Of a stretch of 64,000 nt of DNA, positions 1 to 9,012 are shown piece after piece. The notes below the pieces were generated by a model, which saw only the letters and a list, made by a program, of their open reading frames with translations, was not told the origin of the DNA and did no database searches. The DNA is from an uncultured Pseudomonadota bacterium. GTDB taxonomy: Bacteria > Pseudomonadota > Alphaproteobacteria > JACZXZ01. Numbering within the stretch: the first letter of the stretch is position 1; every line of letters starts with the position of its first letter. The stretch lies in NCBI GenBank assembly GCA_963749075.1, contig CAVVLJ010000023.1, positions 69,269 to 133,268 of the forward strand, given 5' to 3'. A program made the position numbers and the translations under genes.

Positions 1-951
1 GGCGAGCGTCTCCGCCGGGGTGCGGGAGGCCGCGGCCGGCGCCGGGCCGGTCCGCTCGAAGCAGCCGAGGACCCAGTCGCGGAAGGCGAGCACGCGCTCC
101 GAGCACTTCGCCTCGGTCATCAGAAAATAATAGCCCTTGGCCGTGGTCATGGCGGCGTCGAGCGGACGCACGAGCCGGCCCTCCCTCAAGAGGTCGTCCG
201 TCAAAAGGTTCCAGCCGAGTGCGATGCCCTGTCCCCCGCAGGCGGCCTGGAGGAGGAGGGGATGGCTGTTCATCTTGAGGCTCACGTGGTCGGTGTAGCC
301 GGTGATGCCCTGCTCGGCGAACCACACCGGCCAGTCGATGAGGTCCGGGCGGTCGTCGTCGATCGAGAGCAGGGTCTCGCCGAACAGCTGCTCGACGCTA
401 GTGAGGTGCTGCCGCCCGCGGAGATAGGCGGGGCTGCACACCGGAAAGACGCGGCCCGGCAGCAAAAGCGTCGCCTTGAAACCCGGCCAGGGCCCGGTGC
501 CGAAGGCGATGCCCGCGTCAACCTGGTCCGCCACCTTTTGGAAGCCGCGGTCGGTCGCCACGATCTGCACCTCGATCTCGGGGTGGAGCGCTCTGAACCG
601 GGGGAGGCGTGGGATGAGCCAATAGGTGGCGACCGCGAAGGTGACGCCGATGGCGATGCCCACGGGCCAGCTGCCGCCACGCAGATCGTCGGCCGCGTTG
701 GCGACGTGCTCGAAGGCCATGGCGGCGGCGCGGTAGAGGCGGCTGCCGGCCCGCGTGAGCTCGAGCCCTCGGTGGAGGCGCCGGAAGAGGGCGATACCGA
801 GCTCGCGCTCGAGCGCGCGCACCTGCTGGCTCACCGCCGCCTGGGTCACGCCGTGCTCCCGTGCCGCGAGCGTGAAGCTCGAATGGCGCGCCGCCGCCTC
901 GAACATCAGCAGCGCCGAGAGCCGCGGAAGCCGGGTGAGAAGATCAGCCAT
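1..951 (-). CDS. LysR-family transcriptional regulator (GcvA/AmpR-like), 3' end runs off window
   Basis: Manual minus-strand translation from ATG at 951: MADLLTRLPRLSALLMFEAAARHSSFTLAAREHGVTQAAVSQQVRALERELGIALFRRLHRGLELT, a LysR HTH. Absent from the ORF track because the stop is outside the window. Confidence 0.9.
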   Translation of the reverse strand, partial: MADLLTRLPRLSALLMFEAAARHSSFTLAAREHGVTQAAVSQQVRALERELGIALFRRLHRGLELTRAGSRLYRAAAMAFEHVANAADDLRGGSWPVGIAIGVTFAVATYWLIPRLPRFRALHPEIEVQIVATDRGFQKVADQVDAGIAFGTGPWPGFKATLLLPGRVFPVCSPAYLRGRQHLTSVEQLFGETLLSIDDDRPDLIDWPVWFAEQGITGYTDHVSLKMNSHPLLLQAACGGQGIALGWNLLTDDLLREGRLVRPLDAAMTTAKGYYFLMTEAKCSERVLAFRDWVLGCFERTGPAPAAASRTPAETLA

Positions 952-1268
952 CGCCGTGCCAAGCCTCGCCACCGAAAGGGAACATCGCAGTATCGCACGA
1001 GCCGCATTGTGCGGGCGCGAAAACTCTATCTCGTAGCAGGCGCTTCGTCCAGCCGGCGCCCGCGTAGGCTCTCCATAGGGCCCCGTCCTACCGACCGTCA
1101 ATGAGGTCAGGGGCGAGCTACGGGGTCTTAAGCACCGCAGCGCTGCTGTTGGAACGCTCATAGCGACGCGCATATTCGCAAGGACCTACGGAGCCACCCG
1201 CGCCGAAGTGGCGGTCAGCGTTGAGGATTGTTGCCAATGATGCTGGCTCATCGGGTCGAGCGGTGCAC

Positions 1269-1684
1269 CTACGGCAATGGGAACGAATGACGAAGTGACA
1301 GCCTGCGATCAATCGTTCGGATGAGTTGTACGTACGAGCCGTTCCGGATGTTCGGTACTCCTACATTTTTTGTCACCCAGATAGCGCCACCGGTCTGGGC
1401 CACCGTCCAAGTTGATATGCCACCCTCGGGATCATCGATTTGAATTTGCCCGATCGGAAGCTTCACGGTCCTGGGAAATCTCAGCGATCGGTCAGCCGCT
1501 GAGTAGGTGCTAAAGCCCAAATGTTCCGAGATTACCTCGAGAGTACCATCGACCTCGACGGCATCGACTCCAGCGCGGGATTGAAAAACTGACACAGTGA
1601 GCATCTGAATGTCGTGGGAACGAAGAGCAATGTCCCATTTGGCCAGCCGCTTGTTGGCGACCACGAGCACACTGCGCGGCACTA
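1269..1684 (-). pseudogene. 3' part of an IS5-interrupted ORF (hypothetical domain)
   Basis: Open frame VPRSVLVVANKRL...HSFPLP joins in frame to 2509-2688 once the IS and one TA copy are removed. Confidence 0.55.
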
Positions 1685-2508
1685 GGGTCTGTACCCGCAT
1701 AATGTCTTGAAAAAGTTGTCCGAATGTGATTCACCGTGGTTGGAGGTGGATCATGCGGTTTGATTTGAGCGACGAGGAATGGGCGGTTCTTGAGCCGTTG
1801 ATGCCGGGCCTTCGCAAGAAGGCGCGAGAGGATGATCGCCGGATCATGAATGGCATCTTCTACGTGCTGCGCACCGGCATGCCGTGGCGAGATTTGCCGG
1901 AGCGCTATGGGCCTTGCACGACGGTCTACAATCGCTTCAACCGCTGGTCTCGCCGCGGCATCTGGAAGCGGATTTTCGACGCGCTGGCCGCGACATCGCA
2001 CGATAGCCTCTATCTGATCGACAGCACCATCGTGAAAGCGCATCGCGCGGCGAGCGGCGCAAAAGGGGGGAGAAAAATCAGGCGATCGGTATTAGCCGGG
2101 GCGGGCGCAGCACGAAGATCCATGCGGTCGTCGACGGCAAAGGCCGCCCGCTGAACTTCATCGTCACGGGCGCACAGGTCCATGACAGCCAAGTCGTCGA
2201 AGCGGTGCTGGACACGCCCAAGCCGCCCCTCGCCGTCGCGGCCGACAAGGCTTATGACAGCCAAAAGGTCCGCCAGCAGATCAGGGACGAAGGTGCCTTG
2301 CCCGTCATCCCCAGCCGCAGCAATGCCACCAAGAAAGCCTATTGTCCCAAGCGCATCTATCGCAGGCGCCACAAGATCGAAAATTACTTCTGCCGCATCA
2401 AGGATTGGCGGCGCATCGCAACCCGATACGACAAGCTGGCCAGAAACTTCCTTGCCGCCGCAGCCCTCGTCGGAGCACTCTACTGGATCAAATTGTGAGT
2501 CCAGACCC
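1685..2508 (+). mobile_element. IS5-family insertion sequence (IS427-like group), 824 bp
   Basis: Imperfect terminal IRs GGGTCTGTACCCGCA and reverse complement GGGTCTGGACTCACA; flanking TA at 1683-1684 and 2509-2510; two-part transposase. Confidence 0.92.
1753..2498 (+). CDS. IS5-family transposase, two ORFs joined by a probable programmed frameshift
   Basis: orfA MRFDLSDEEW...LRTGMPWRDLPERYG...IDSTIVKAHRAASGAKGG; slippery AAAAGGGGGGAGAAAAA at ~2061-2077; orfB ADKAYDS...RHKIENYFCRIKDWRRIATRYDK. Confidence 0.9.
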
Positions 2509-2688
2509 TAATGGAAAGGGCGGCGAAGTGAGAATGAGATTCACCTTGCCTCGAGCTCGAGCTAGTTCGTGGTGACTAAGGGCATCTTCGATGGTCCCAC
2601 TGATCATCTTACCGAGGTTAGTGCGGTATGCACGTGTGACCTCTCCGTTGCGACGCTTAGCTTTCGGCCTTAGCGAACTCTCTGGCAA
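2509..2688 (-). pseudogene. N-terminal fragment of a beta-class N4C/N6A DNA methyltransferase, cut by IS5
   Basis: GKVNLILTSPPFPL matches amino-MTase motif IV (SPPF, M.PvuII-like); the IS sits directly after it. Confidence 0.75.
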
Positions 2689-3032
2689 GTGTCGCTCCGC
2701 GTAATAAGGTTATCCGATGGGGTGGGGCGGACGGATCGTATCCGATATTTTTCAGGCGTCGACCGTAGTGGTGCTCGCGTACCTAGAATAGCATTGAGTA
2801 GGTTCTCGCAAAAGGGAGGGCGTTCATCAAGGCGCTGCTGGGTCGGGGCGAGCATGGGCCTCAGACGTTGTGGTTCGAGGAAGATCGATTTCGAGGAGAC
2901 GAGTAAAGTGCCATGGGCCCGACGTGGGAAATTGCCAATGTCGCACGCATGGTGGATGACCGGCAGGCGACGCGGGAAGCAGCATGAGCGTTGAAAAGCA
3001 TTGAGTTTACTGCCCGATTATCCTATTGTCTA

Positions 3033-3047
3033 GAACAAATAAGGAAC
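3033..3047 (+). promoter_or_regulatory. Alphaproteobacterial LexA (SOS) box
   Basis: GAAC-AAATAAG-GAAC is a perfect GAAC-N7-GAAC, directly after a -35-like TTGTCT and ~100 bp upstream of the 3146 ATG. Confidence 0.7.
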
Positions 3048-3145
3048 TCTGGTCCCTGCGAACACTATAGGTAGTGGCTATTATGGATTTCTTTCACAAA
3101 ATGTGACAGGGTAAGATGCGGATGCGTCGGGCAAGGGGGACTGCG

Positions 3146-3379
3146 ATGCGAATAAAAATCACTAAGCGTGAGGAAGGATCGATTCCGTCGGAGACAGTCG
3201 TTACGATTCTGACGACGCGCGGACCGGAAGAAGTTGTCGTCCACGCCACCCAAGCGTCAGCGGCCAGTGTCGAGGCTGGTTATATCGGCGAGAAGGATGA
3301 TCAGGTCCTGGTAGAACTTCCTCGCGAGACCCTCTCCGGTCGGTGGAGAGTGTGGGTGCCCAAAACAGCGGTCGCATAA
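3146..3379 (+). CDS. Small hypothetical protein (77 aa, beta-rich)
   Basis: RBS AAGGGGGA before ATG 3146; MRIKITKREEG...VLVELPRETLSGRWRVWVPK; 26 bp upstream of dcd. Confidence 0.75.
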   Translation: MRIKITKREEGSIPSETVVTILTTRGPEEVVVHATQASAASVEAGYIGEKDDQVLVELPRETLSGRWRVWVPKTAVA

Positions 3380-3405
3380 TCGGTTCAGCCCAGGGGAAGG
3401 GGCCG

Positions 3406-3942
3406 ATGATACTGACGGATCGTGAAATCCAAATTTTCATCGCGAACAAACAGATTACGATCGATCCCGAGCCGTCGATAGATGCCTACAGCTCCACTAG
3501 CCTCGACCTCACCCTCGGTGAAAGGGGAGAAATTTGGAAGGACCTGCCCGGTCAACCGATCCAACCCGATGCTAAGGGCTATAATTTCAGGCAATTGGCG
3601 GCGCGAAGAGACAAGGTTGCGCTGGACGGATTCCCCTTCAAATCGAAAGCTTTGCTCCTTGCGTGGACGCGTGAGACCGTAGACCTGCCTTATACGTCTC
3701 GCATCGCTGCCAGGGTCGAAGGCAAAAGCGGATTGGCGCGCTTAGGAATGTTAATTCACATGACCGCGCCCACGATCCACGCGGGGTTCAAAGGCCAGAT
3801 ACAATTGGAAATGTACAACCTCGGCCCCTATGACGTTATTCTCGACGCCGGCATGCCAATTTGCCAATTGATTTTTGAAATAACATTCGGAACGCCTGCA
3901 AAGGGCTATGTCGGCCAATTCGCGGGACAAGCGGCAAGATAG
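3406..3942 (+). CDS. dcd: dCTP deaminase (trimeric dUTPase superfamily), accessory copy
   Basis: MILTDREI start, SLDLTLG, EGKSGLARLG, HMTAPTIHAGFKGQIQLEMYN, ICQLIFE; catalytic Ser/Arg/Glu equivalents appear retained. Confidence 0.9.
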   Translation: MILTDREIQIFIANKQITIDPEPSIDAYSSTSLDLTLGERGEIWKDLPGQPIQPDAKGYNFRQLAARRDKVALDGFPFKSKALLLAWTRETVDLPYTSRIAARVEGKSGLARLGMLIHMTAPTIHAGFKGQIQLEMYNLGPYDVILDAGMPICQLIFEITFGTPAKGYVGQFAGQAAR

Positions 3943-4275
3943 CAATTCAGCTACTCCAGCTTTCGCTTTCACATCGGCCCACCACCGTCCGGCCGGGAGC
4001 GTGCCCGGCCCACCCGCCTCCGGAAAGCCCTGCTTGGTCATGGACCCGCTCCCCATCTTTCATTGCAGCTGTCCCATTGCTGGGCTAGTGTCCCGGCCGC
4101 AAAGCGCCCCGTTGCGCGCCGATAGCGGGACGATCCCGCTCCTCGATCGGCGAGCAGTCTCGGGTACGGACTCCCAGTCACGCGGCTCGGCAGGCTCAAG
4201 GCGCACGGGACTCGGTGCGGCGGCCAGGCGGCTTCGCTCAACGCGAAAGGCCCGCGATCTCGAAAGGAAAACGCA

Positions 4276-5280
4276 GTGCTCAAGCTCGGGTACAAGGCGT
4301 CGGCGGAGCAATTCGGGCCGCGCGAGCTCTTGAAGTTCTCCTGCCAGGCGGAGGCGTCGGGCTTCGACTCCGTCTTCGTCAGCGACCATTTCCAGCCCTG
4401 GCGCCACCACGGCGGCCACGCGCCCTATTCCTTCGCCTGGCTCGGGGCGCTCGGCGCCAGCACCTCGCGCGTCGTCCTCGGCACCAGCGTGGTGACGCCG
4501 ACCTTCCGCTACCACCCCTCCATCGTGGCGCAAGCCGTGGGGACGCTCGCCGTGATGTTCCCGGGCCGCGTCATCCTCGGCGTCGGCACCGGCGAATCGC
4601 TCAATGAGGTGCCGGCCCTCGGCATGAAGTGGCCGGGCTTCAAGGAGCGCCACGGCCGGCTCAAGGAGGCGATCGAGCTCATCAAGCAGCTCCTCTCCGG
4701 CGAGCGCATCAGCTACGAGGGCGCTTATTATCGCACCGCCAATGCCACGATCTACGACCGCCCGGAGGCGCCGGTGCCGATCTACGTCGCGGCCTCGGGC
4801 CCGACCGCGGCCAAGCTCGCGGGCGAGGTCGCGGACGGCTTCATCTGCACGAGCGGCAAGGCGCCCGCCCTCTATAACGAGACGCTGCTGCCCAACGTCG
4901 AGGCCGGCCTCGCGGCCTCGGGGCGCGCCAAGGACGCCATCGAGCGCATGATCGAGATGAAGGTCTCGTTCGACCACGACCGCGCCCGCGCCATGGAGGC
5001 GACGCGCCATTGGGCGGCACTCGCCCTCTCGCCTGAGGAGAAGACGGGGGTCGAGGACCCGATCGAGATGGAGCGCCTCGCCGACGCGCTGCCGCTCGAG
5101 CGGGCGGCAAGCCGCTGGATCGTCTCGACCGATCCCGAGGAGCACATCGAGAAGCTCAAGCCCTATCTCGATCTCGGCTTCAACCATCTCGTCTTCCATG
5201 CGCCCGGCCCCGACCAGGAGCATTTCCTCCGCCTCTATGGCGCCGAGGTGCTGCCTCGCCTGCGTCAGCGCTTCGGCTGA
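4276..5280 (+). CDS. fgd: F420-dependent glucose-6-phosphate dehydrogenase (LLM family)
   Basis: LKLGYKASAEQFGPRELL, VSDHFQPWRH, LGTSVVTPTFRYHP, GVGTGESLNE, DGFICTSGK, DPIEMER, NHLVFHAPG are all Fgd signatures. Confidence 0.92.
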   Translation: MLKLGYKASAEQFGPRELLKFSCQAEASGFDSVFVSDHFQPWRHHGGHAPYSFAWLGALGASTSRVVLGTSVVTPTFRYHPSIVAQAVGTLAVMFPGRVILGVGTGESLNEVPALGMKWPGFKERHGRLKEAIELIKQLLSGERISYEGAYYRTANATIYDRPEAPVPIYVAASGPTAAKLAGEVADGFICTSGKAPALYNETLLPNVEAGLAASGRAKDAIERMIEMKVSFDHDRARAMEATRHWAALALSPEEKTGVEDPIEMERLADALPLERAASRWIVSTDPEEHIEKLKPYLDLGFNHLVFHAPGPDQEHFLRLYGAEVLPRLRQRFG

Positions 5281-5375
5281 GCGGGCATCGCCGCCGCCCG
5301 TGCTTGCGTGCGGCCGAATTGCGCGACATGCTGCCGCCGCACGCGACCGCTGCTGAGGCTTGAGGCACGCCGCAG

Positions 5376-6146
5376 ATGGAACGCAACACGGTGAAGCTCG
5401 TGGCCGTGTCGGGGATGCCGCTCGTGGCGGCGGGCGACGATCTCGCGGCACTGGTGATCGCGGCGCTCGAGGCGGGCGGGCATGCCCCGGCCGACGGCGA
5501 CGTGCTGGTGATCGCGCAGAAGGTGGTATCCAAGGCGGAAGGTCGCTATGTCGACTTGGCGTCGGTGCGGCCCTCGGAGCGCGCGCGAGAGCTTGCCGCG
5601 GCCGTCGACAAGGACCCGGCCATGATCGAGGTGGTGCTCTCGGAATCGCGGCGCGTGCTGCGCCACCGGCCGGGCGTGCTGATCGTCGAGCATCGTCTCG
5701 GCTTCGTCATGGCCAATGCCGGGATCGATCACTCGAACGTGGAGCAGGGCGGGGGTCCGGGCCGCGTGCTCCTTTTGCCGCGCGATCCCGATGCTGCCGC
5801 CGAAGCGTTGCGCCAGCGCCTCGCCGGCCACTTCGGCACGGCGCTCGCGGTCATCGTCAGCGACAGCTTCGGGCGCGCCTGGCGCAACGGGACGGTGGGC
5901 GTGGCACTGGGTGCCGCCGGTCTGCCCGCACTCCTCGACCTGCGCGGCCGGCCCGATCTCTACGGCAATGCGTTGAGGGTGACGCAGACCGGCTTCGCCG
6001 ACGAGATCGCCGCCGCAGCCTCGCTCCTCATGGGCCAGGCCGACGAGGGCCTGCCGGTCGTGCTCGTGCGCGGGCTCTCCTGGCAAGGTGCTGCGCTGCC
6101 GGCCGCGGCACTTGTGCGCAAGGCCGACGAGGATCTCTTCCGATGA
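5376..6146 (+). CDS. cofE: Coenzyme F420-0:L-glutamate ligase
   Basis: GDVLVIAQKVVSKAEGR, ANAGIDHSN, SDSFGRAWRNG, ADEIAAAASLLMGQADEGLPVV. Confidence 0.93.
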   Translation: MERNTVKLVAVSGMPLVAAGDDLAALVIAALEAGGHAPADGDVLVIAQKVVSKAEGRYVDLASVRPSERARELAAAVDKDPAMIEVVLSESRRVLRHRPGVLIVEHRLGFVMANAGIDHSNVEQGGGPGRVLLLPRDPDAAAEALRQRLAGHFGTALAVIVSDSFGRAWRNGTVGVALGAAGLPALLDLRGRPDLYGNALRVTQTGFADEIAAAASLLMGQADEGLPVVLVRGLSWQGAALPAAALVRKADEDLFR

Positions 6147-7141
6147 CGGCGCCCCCGGCAGGCGACGAGGGTCGCGTCCTCGTCCTCTCGGGCGGCGTCG
6201 GCGGCGCCAAGCTCGCGCTCGGCCTGGCGCGCGTGCTGGCACCCGGCCGGCTCGTGGCGGTCGCCAATACGGGCGACGATTTCGAGCATCTCGGCCTCGC
6301 CGTCTCGCCCGATCTCGACACCCTCATGTACGTGCTCGCGGGCCTCGACAATCCGCAGACCGGCTGGGGGCGCAAGGACGAGAGCTGGACCTTCATGGCA
6401 GCACTCGCGGCACTCGGCGGCGAGACCTGGTTCCGCCTGGGCGACGGCGACCTCGCGACGCACGTGGAGCGCACGCGGCGGCTGGCGGCGGGCGAGCCGC
6501 TCTCGCGCATCGCCGCCGATTTCTGCCGCCGCCTCGGCATCGCGACGCGGCTCCTCCCCATGTCGGACGACCCGGTGCGCACGCGCGTGAGGACCGCGGA
6601 CGGCTGGCTGCCCTTTCAGGAATATTTCGTCCGCCGGCGCTCCGAGCCTCGCGTCCTCGGCTTCGCTTTCGAGGGCGCCGATCGCGCGAAGCCTCACCCC
6701 GATTTCCTCGCCGCCCTGCGCGATCCGGATTTGCGCGCCGTGGTGGTCGCACCCTCCAACCCCTTCATCAGCATCGATCCGATCCTGGCATTGCCCGGCG
6801 TGCGCGCGGCGCTGGCGGCAGCGCCGGCGCCGGTCGTGGCCGTCTCTCCCATCATCGGCGGACGCGCGGTCAAGGGGCCCACCGCCAAGATGATGGGCGA
6901 GCTTGGCCTGCCGCTAAGCGCTGCCGCGGTCGCGCGCCATTATGGCGCACTCCTCGATTGCTACATCGTAGACGAGCGGGACAGCGCTGCTGCCGCCGAG
7001 CTCGAGGTGCCCGTGGTCGCGGCCAAGATCCTGATGACGAGCCTGGCCGAGCGCGAGGCGTTGGCGCGCGCGGTGCTGGCGGCGGCGGATGCCGTGCCGC
7101 GCGCGGCGGCCGTCCGCCGCCGGGGCCGTGGCGCTCTATGA
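6143..7141 (+). CDS. cofD: 2-phospho-L-lactate/PEP transferase CofD/FbiA
   Basis: LSGGVGGAKL, NTGDD, SPDLDT, WFRLGDGDLATH, PSNPFISIDPIL, VKGPTAKMM; ATGA overlap with cofE. Confidence 0.93.
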   Translation: MTAPPAGDEGRVLVLSGGVGGAKLALGLARVLAPGRLVAVANTGDDFEHLGLAVSPDLDTLMYVLAGLDNPQTGWGRKDESWTFMAALAALGGETWFRLGDGDLATHVERTRRLAAGEPLSRIAADFCRRLGIATRLLPMSDDPVRTRVRTADGWLPFQEYFVRRRSEPRVLGFAFEGADRAKPHPDFLAALRDPDLRAVVVAPSNPFISIDPILALPGVRAALAAAPAPVVAVSPIIGGRAVKGPTAKMMGELGLPLSAAAVARHYGALLDCYIVDERDSAAAAELEVPVVAAKILMTSLAEREALARAVLAAADAVPRAAAVRRRGRGAL

Positions 7142-7836
7142 GTGCCGCGGGCGGCATCTGGGCTGCCGTGCCGGTCAAGGATACGCGCCAGGCGAAGCAG
7201 CGCCTCGCCGGGCTGCTGCCGCCCGAGCTGCGCCGTCCCCTGGCACTCGCCATGCTCGAGGACGTGCTCGCCGCCCTCGCCGCTGCTCCCGGCCTCGCCG
7301 GCATCCTGGTGGTGACCGAGGATGTGGACGCCCGCGCGCTGGCCGAGCGCTTCGGCGCAGGCACCGTGGCCGAGGACGCGAACGCGGGCCACACGGCCGC
7401 GGTCGCCGCGGCGGCGCGGCGCCTCGTCAAGGAGGGCCGCGCCGGCATGCTCGCGGTGCCGGGCAACGTCCCGCTCGCGACCGCGGCAGAGGTCGAGCGT
7501 TTTCTCGCCGCCCACGGCCCGGCACCCGCCTTCACAATCGCACCGGCGCACGACGAGCGCGGCTCGAATGCCGTGCTGGTCTCGCCGCCCGATGCCGTGC
7601 CGCTCTCTTTCGGCAACGACAGCTTCTGGCCGCACTTGCGCGCCGCGGAAGTGCGCGGCATCCGCCCCGCGGTCGTGCGCTTGGCTGGCTTCGGGCTCGA
7701 CATCGACGGCCCCGAGGACCTGGCGGCCTTCGCCGCGATCGGCCGGCACACCAAGGCGCTCGCCTGCCTCGAGAGCTTCGGCATCGCAAGGACGCTGCGC
7801 GCTTCGCGCGCGGGGGCGACAGCCGGGCGGGACTGA
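7138..7836 (+). CDS. cofC: 2-phospho-L-lactate/PEP guanylyltransferase CofC/FbiD
   Basis: [42 protein letters not shown]; PGNVP where homologues usually have PGD.P. Confidence 0.9.
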   Translation: MSAAGGIWAAVPVKDTRQAKQRLAGLLPPELRRPLALAMLEDVLAALAAAPGLAGILVVTEDVDARALAERFGAGTVAEDANAGHTAAVAAAARRLVKEGRAGMLAVPGNVPLATAAEVERFLAAHGPAPAFTIAPAHDERGSNAVLVSPPDAVPLSFGNDSFWPHLRAAEVRGIRPAVVRLAGFGLDIDGPEDLAAFAAIGRHTKALACLESFGIARTLRASRAGATAGRD

Positions 7837-7855
7837 CACCAGGGAGGAGCGGCAC

Positions 7856-8878
7856 ATGCAGATCGGCGTGATCGGCCTCGGCCGGATGGGCGGCAACATC
7901 GCGCGCCGGCTCATGCGCCACGGCCACGAGTGCCTCGTCCATGACCGCGAGGAAGCCGCCACGGATCGCCTCGCTGCCGAGGGTGCCAGGCCGGTGCGGC
8001 GTCTCGCGGATTTCGTCGAAGCGCTCGCCGCACCTCGCGCCCTCTGGGTCATGCTGCCGGCGGGCGAGGCGACCGAGGCGGCGATTGGCGAGCTCGGCGC
8101 GCTGCTGGCTGAGGGCGACATCGTGATCGACGGCGGCAACTCCCACTTCCACGACGACGTGCGCCGCGCAGCATGGCTCAAGGAGAAGGGCATCCGCTAC
8201 GTCGACGTGGGCACCAGCGGCGGCGTCTGGGGGCTCGAGCGCGGCTATTGCATGATGATCGGCGGCGAGCCCGAGGCCGTGGCACACCTCGACCCGGTCT
8301 TCGCGGCACTCGCCCCCGGCCTCGGCGACATCCCGCGCACGGTGGAACGCGGCTCGCGCGACGGGCGCGCCGAGCGCGGCTATCTCCATTGCGGACCGCA
8401 CGGCGCCGGACACTTCGTCAAGATGGTCCACAACGGCATCGAGTACGGCCTGATGCAAGCCTATGCCGAGGGCTTCGATATTCTGCGCAGCGTCGCCAAG
8501 GCGGAGATCCCTGCTTCGCGGCGCTACCGCCTCGATCTCGCCGCCATCGCCGAGGTGTGGCGCCGCGGCAGCGTCATCTCCTCCTGGCTCCTCGACCTCA
8601 CGGCGTCAGCACTCGCCGAGGATGGCGAGCTCAGGCACTATTCGGGCTTCGTCGAGGATTCGGGCGAAGGGCGCTGGACGGTGCTGGCCGCCGTCGAGGA
8701 GGCGGTGCCGGCCGACGTGCTGACCGCGGCACTCTACGCGCGCTTCCGCTCGCGCCAGGAGCACACCTTCGCCGAGCGCCTGCTCTCAGCCATGCGCTTC
8801 AAGTTCGGCGGCCACGTCGAGCAGGCGGCGGGCAGTCCCTCTCCCGCAAGCGGGAGAGGGAGGGACCCGCGGCCGTAA
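7856..8878 (+). CDS. gnd: 6-phosphogluconate dehydrogenase (decarboxylating, short type)
   Basis: [56 protein letters not shown]. Confidence 0.95.
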   Translation: MQIGVIGLGRMGGNIARRLMRHGHECLVHDREEAATDRLAAEGARPVRRLADFVEALAAPRALWVMLPAGEATEAAIGELGALLAEGDIVIDGGNSHFHDDVRRAAWLKEKGIRYVDVGTSGGVWGLERGYCMMIGGEPEAVAHLDPVFAALAPGLGDIPRTVERGSRDGRAERGYLHCGPHGAGHFVKMVHNGIEYGLMQAYAEGFDILRSVAKAEIPASRRYRLDLAAIAEVWRRGSVISSWLLDLTASALAEDGELRHYSGFVEDSGEGRWTVLAAVEEAVPADVLTAALYARFRSRQEHTFAERLLSAMRFKFGGHVEQAAGSPSPASGRGRDPRP

Positions 8879-8980
8879 GGCCGTGGGAGGGTGAGGGACG
8901 ACGCCGGCATCGGGCATTCCCTCACCCTTCCCATCCCTTCGGGATGGGCCCCTTCCCTCTCCCGTAAACGGGAGAGGGAT
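8836..8980. repeat. REP-like palindromic miniature element (CCCTCTCCCG..CGGGAGAGGG family)
   Basis: Terminal hairpins TCCCTCTCCCGCAAGCGGGAGAGGGA and TCCCTCTCCCGTAAACGGGAGAGGGA with internal GGGAGGGTGAGGG/CCCTCACCCTTCCC arms. Confidence 0.8.
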
Positions 8981-9012
8981 TTCTTGGTTTAGAGGAAGGA
9001 AAGGACGACGAC

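Noticed and set aside
3406-3942. Known AvcD / defence dCTP deaminase
   Set aside because: No HxE/PCxxC zinc motif and no P-loop kinase domain; this is the dUTPase-fold family.
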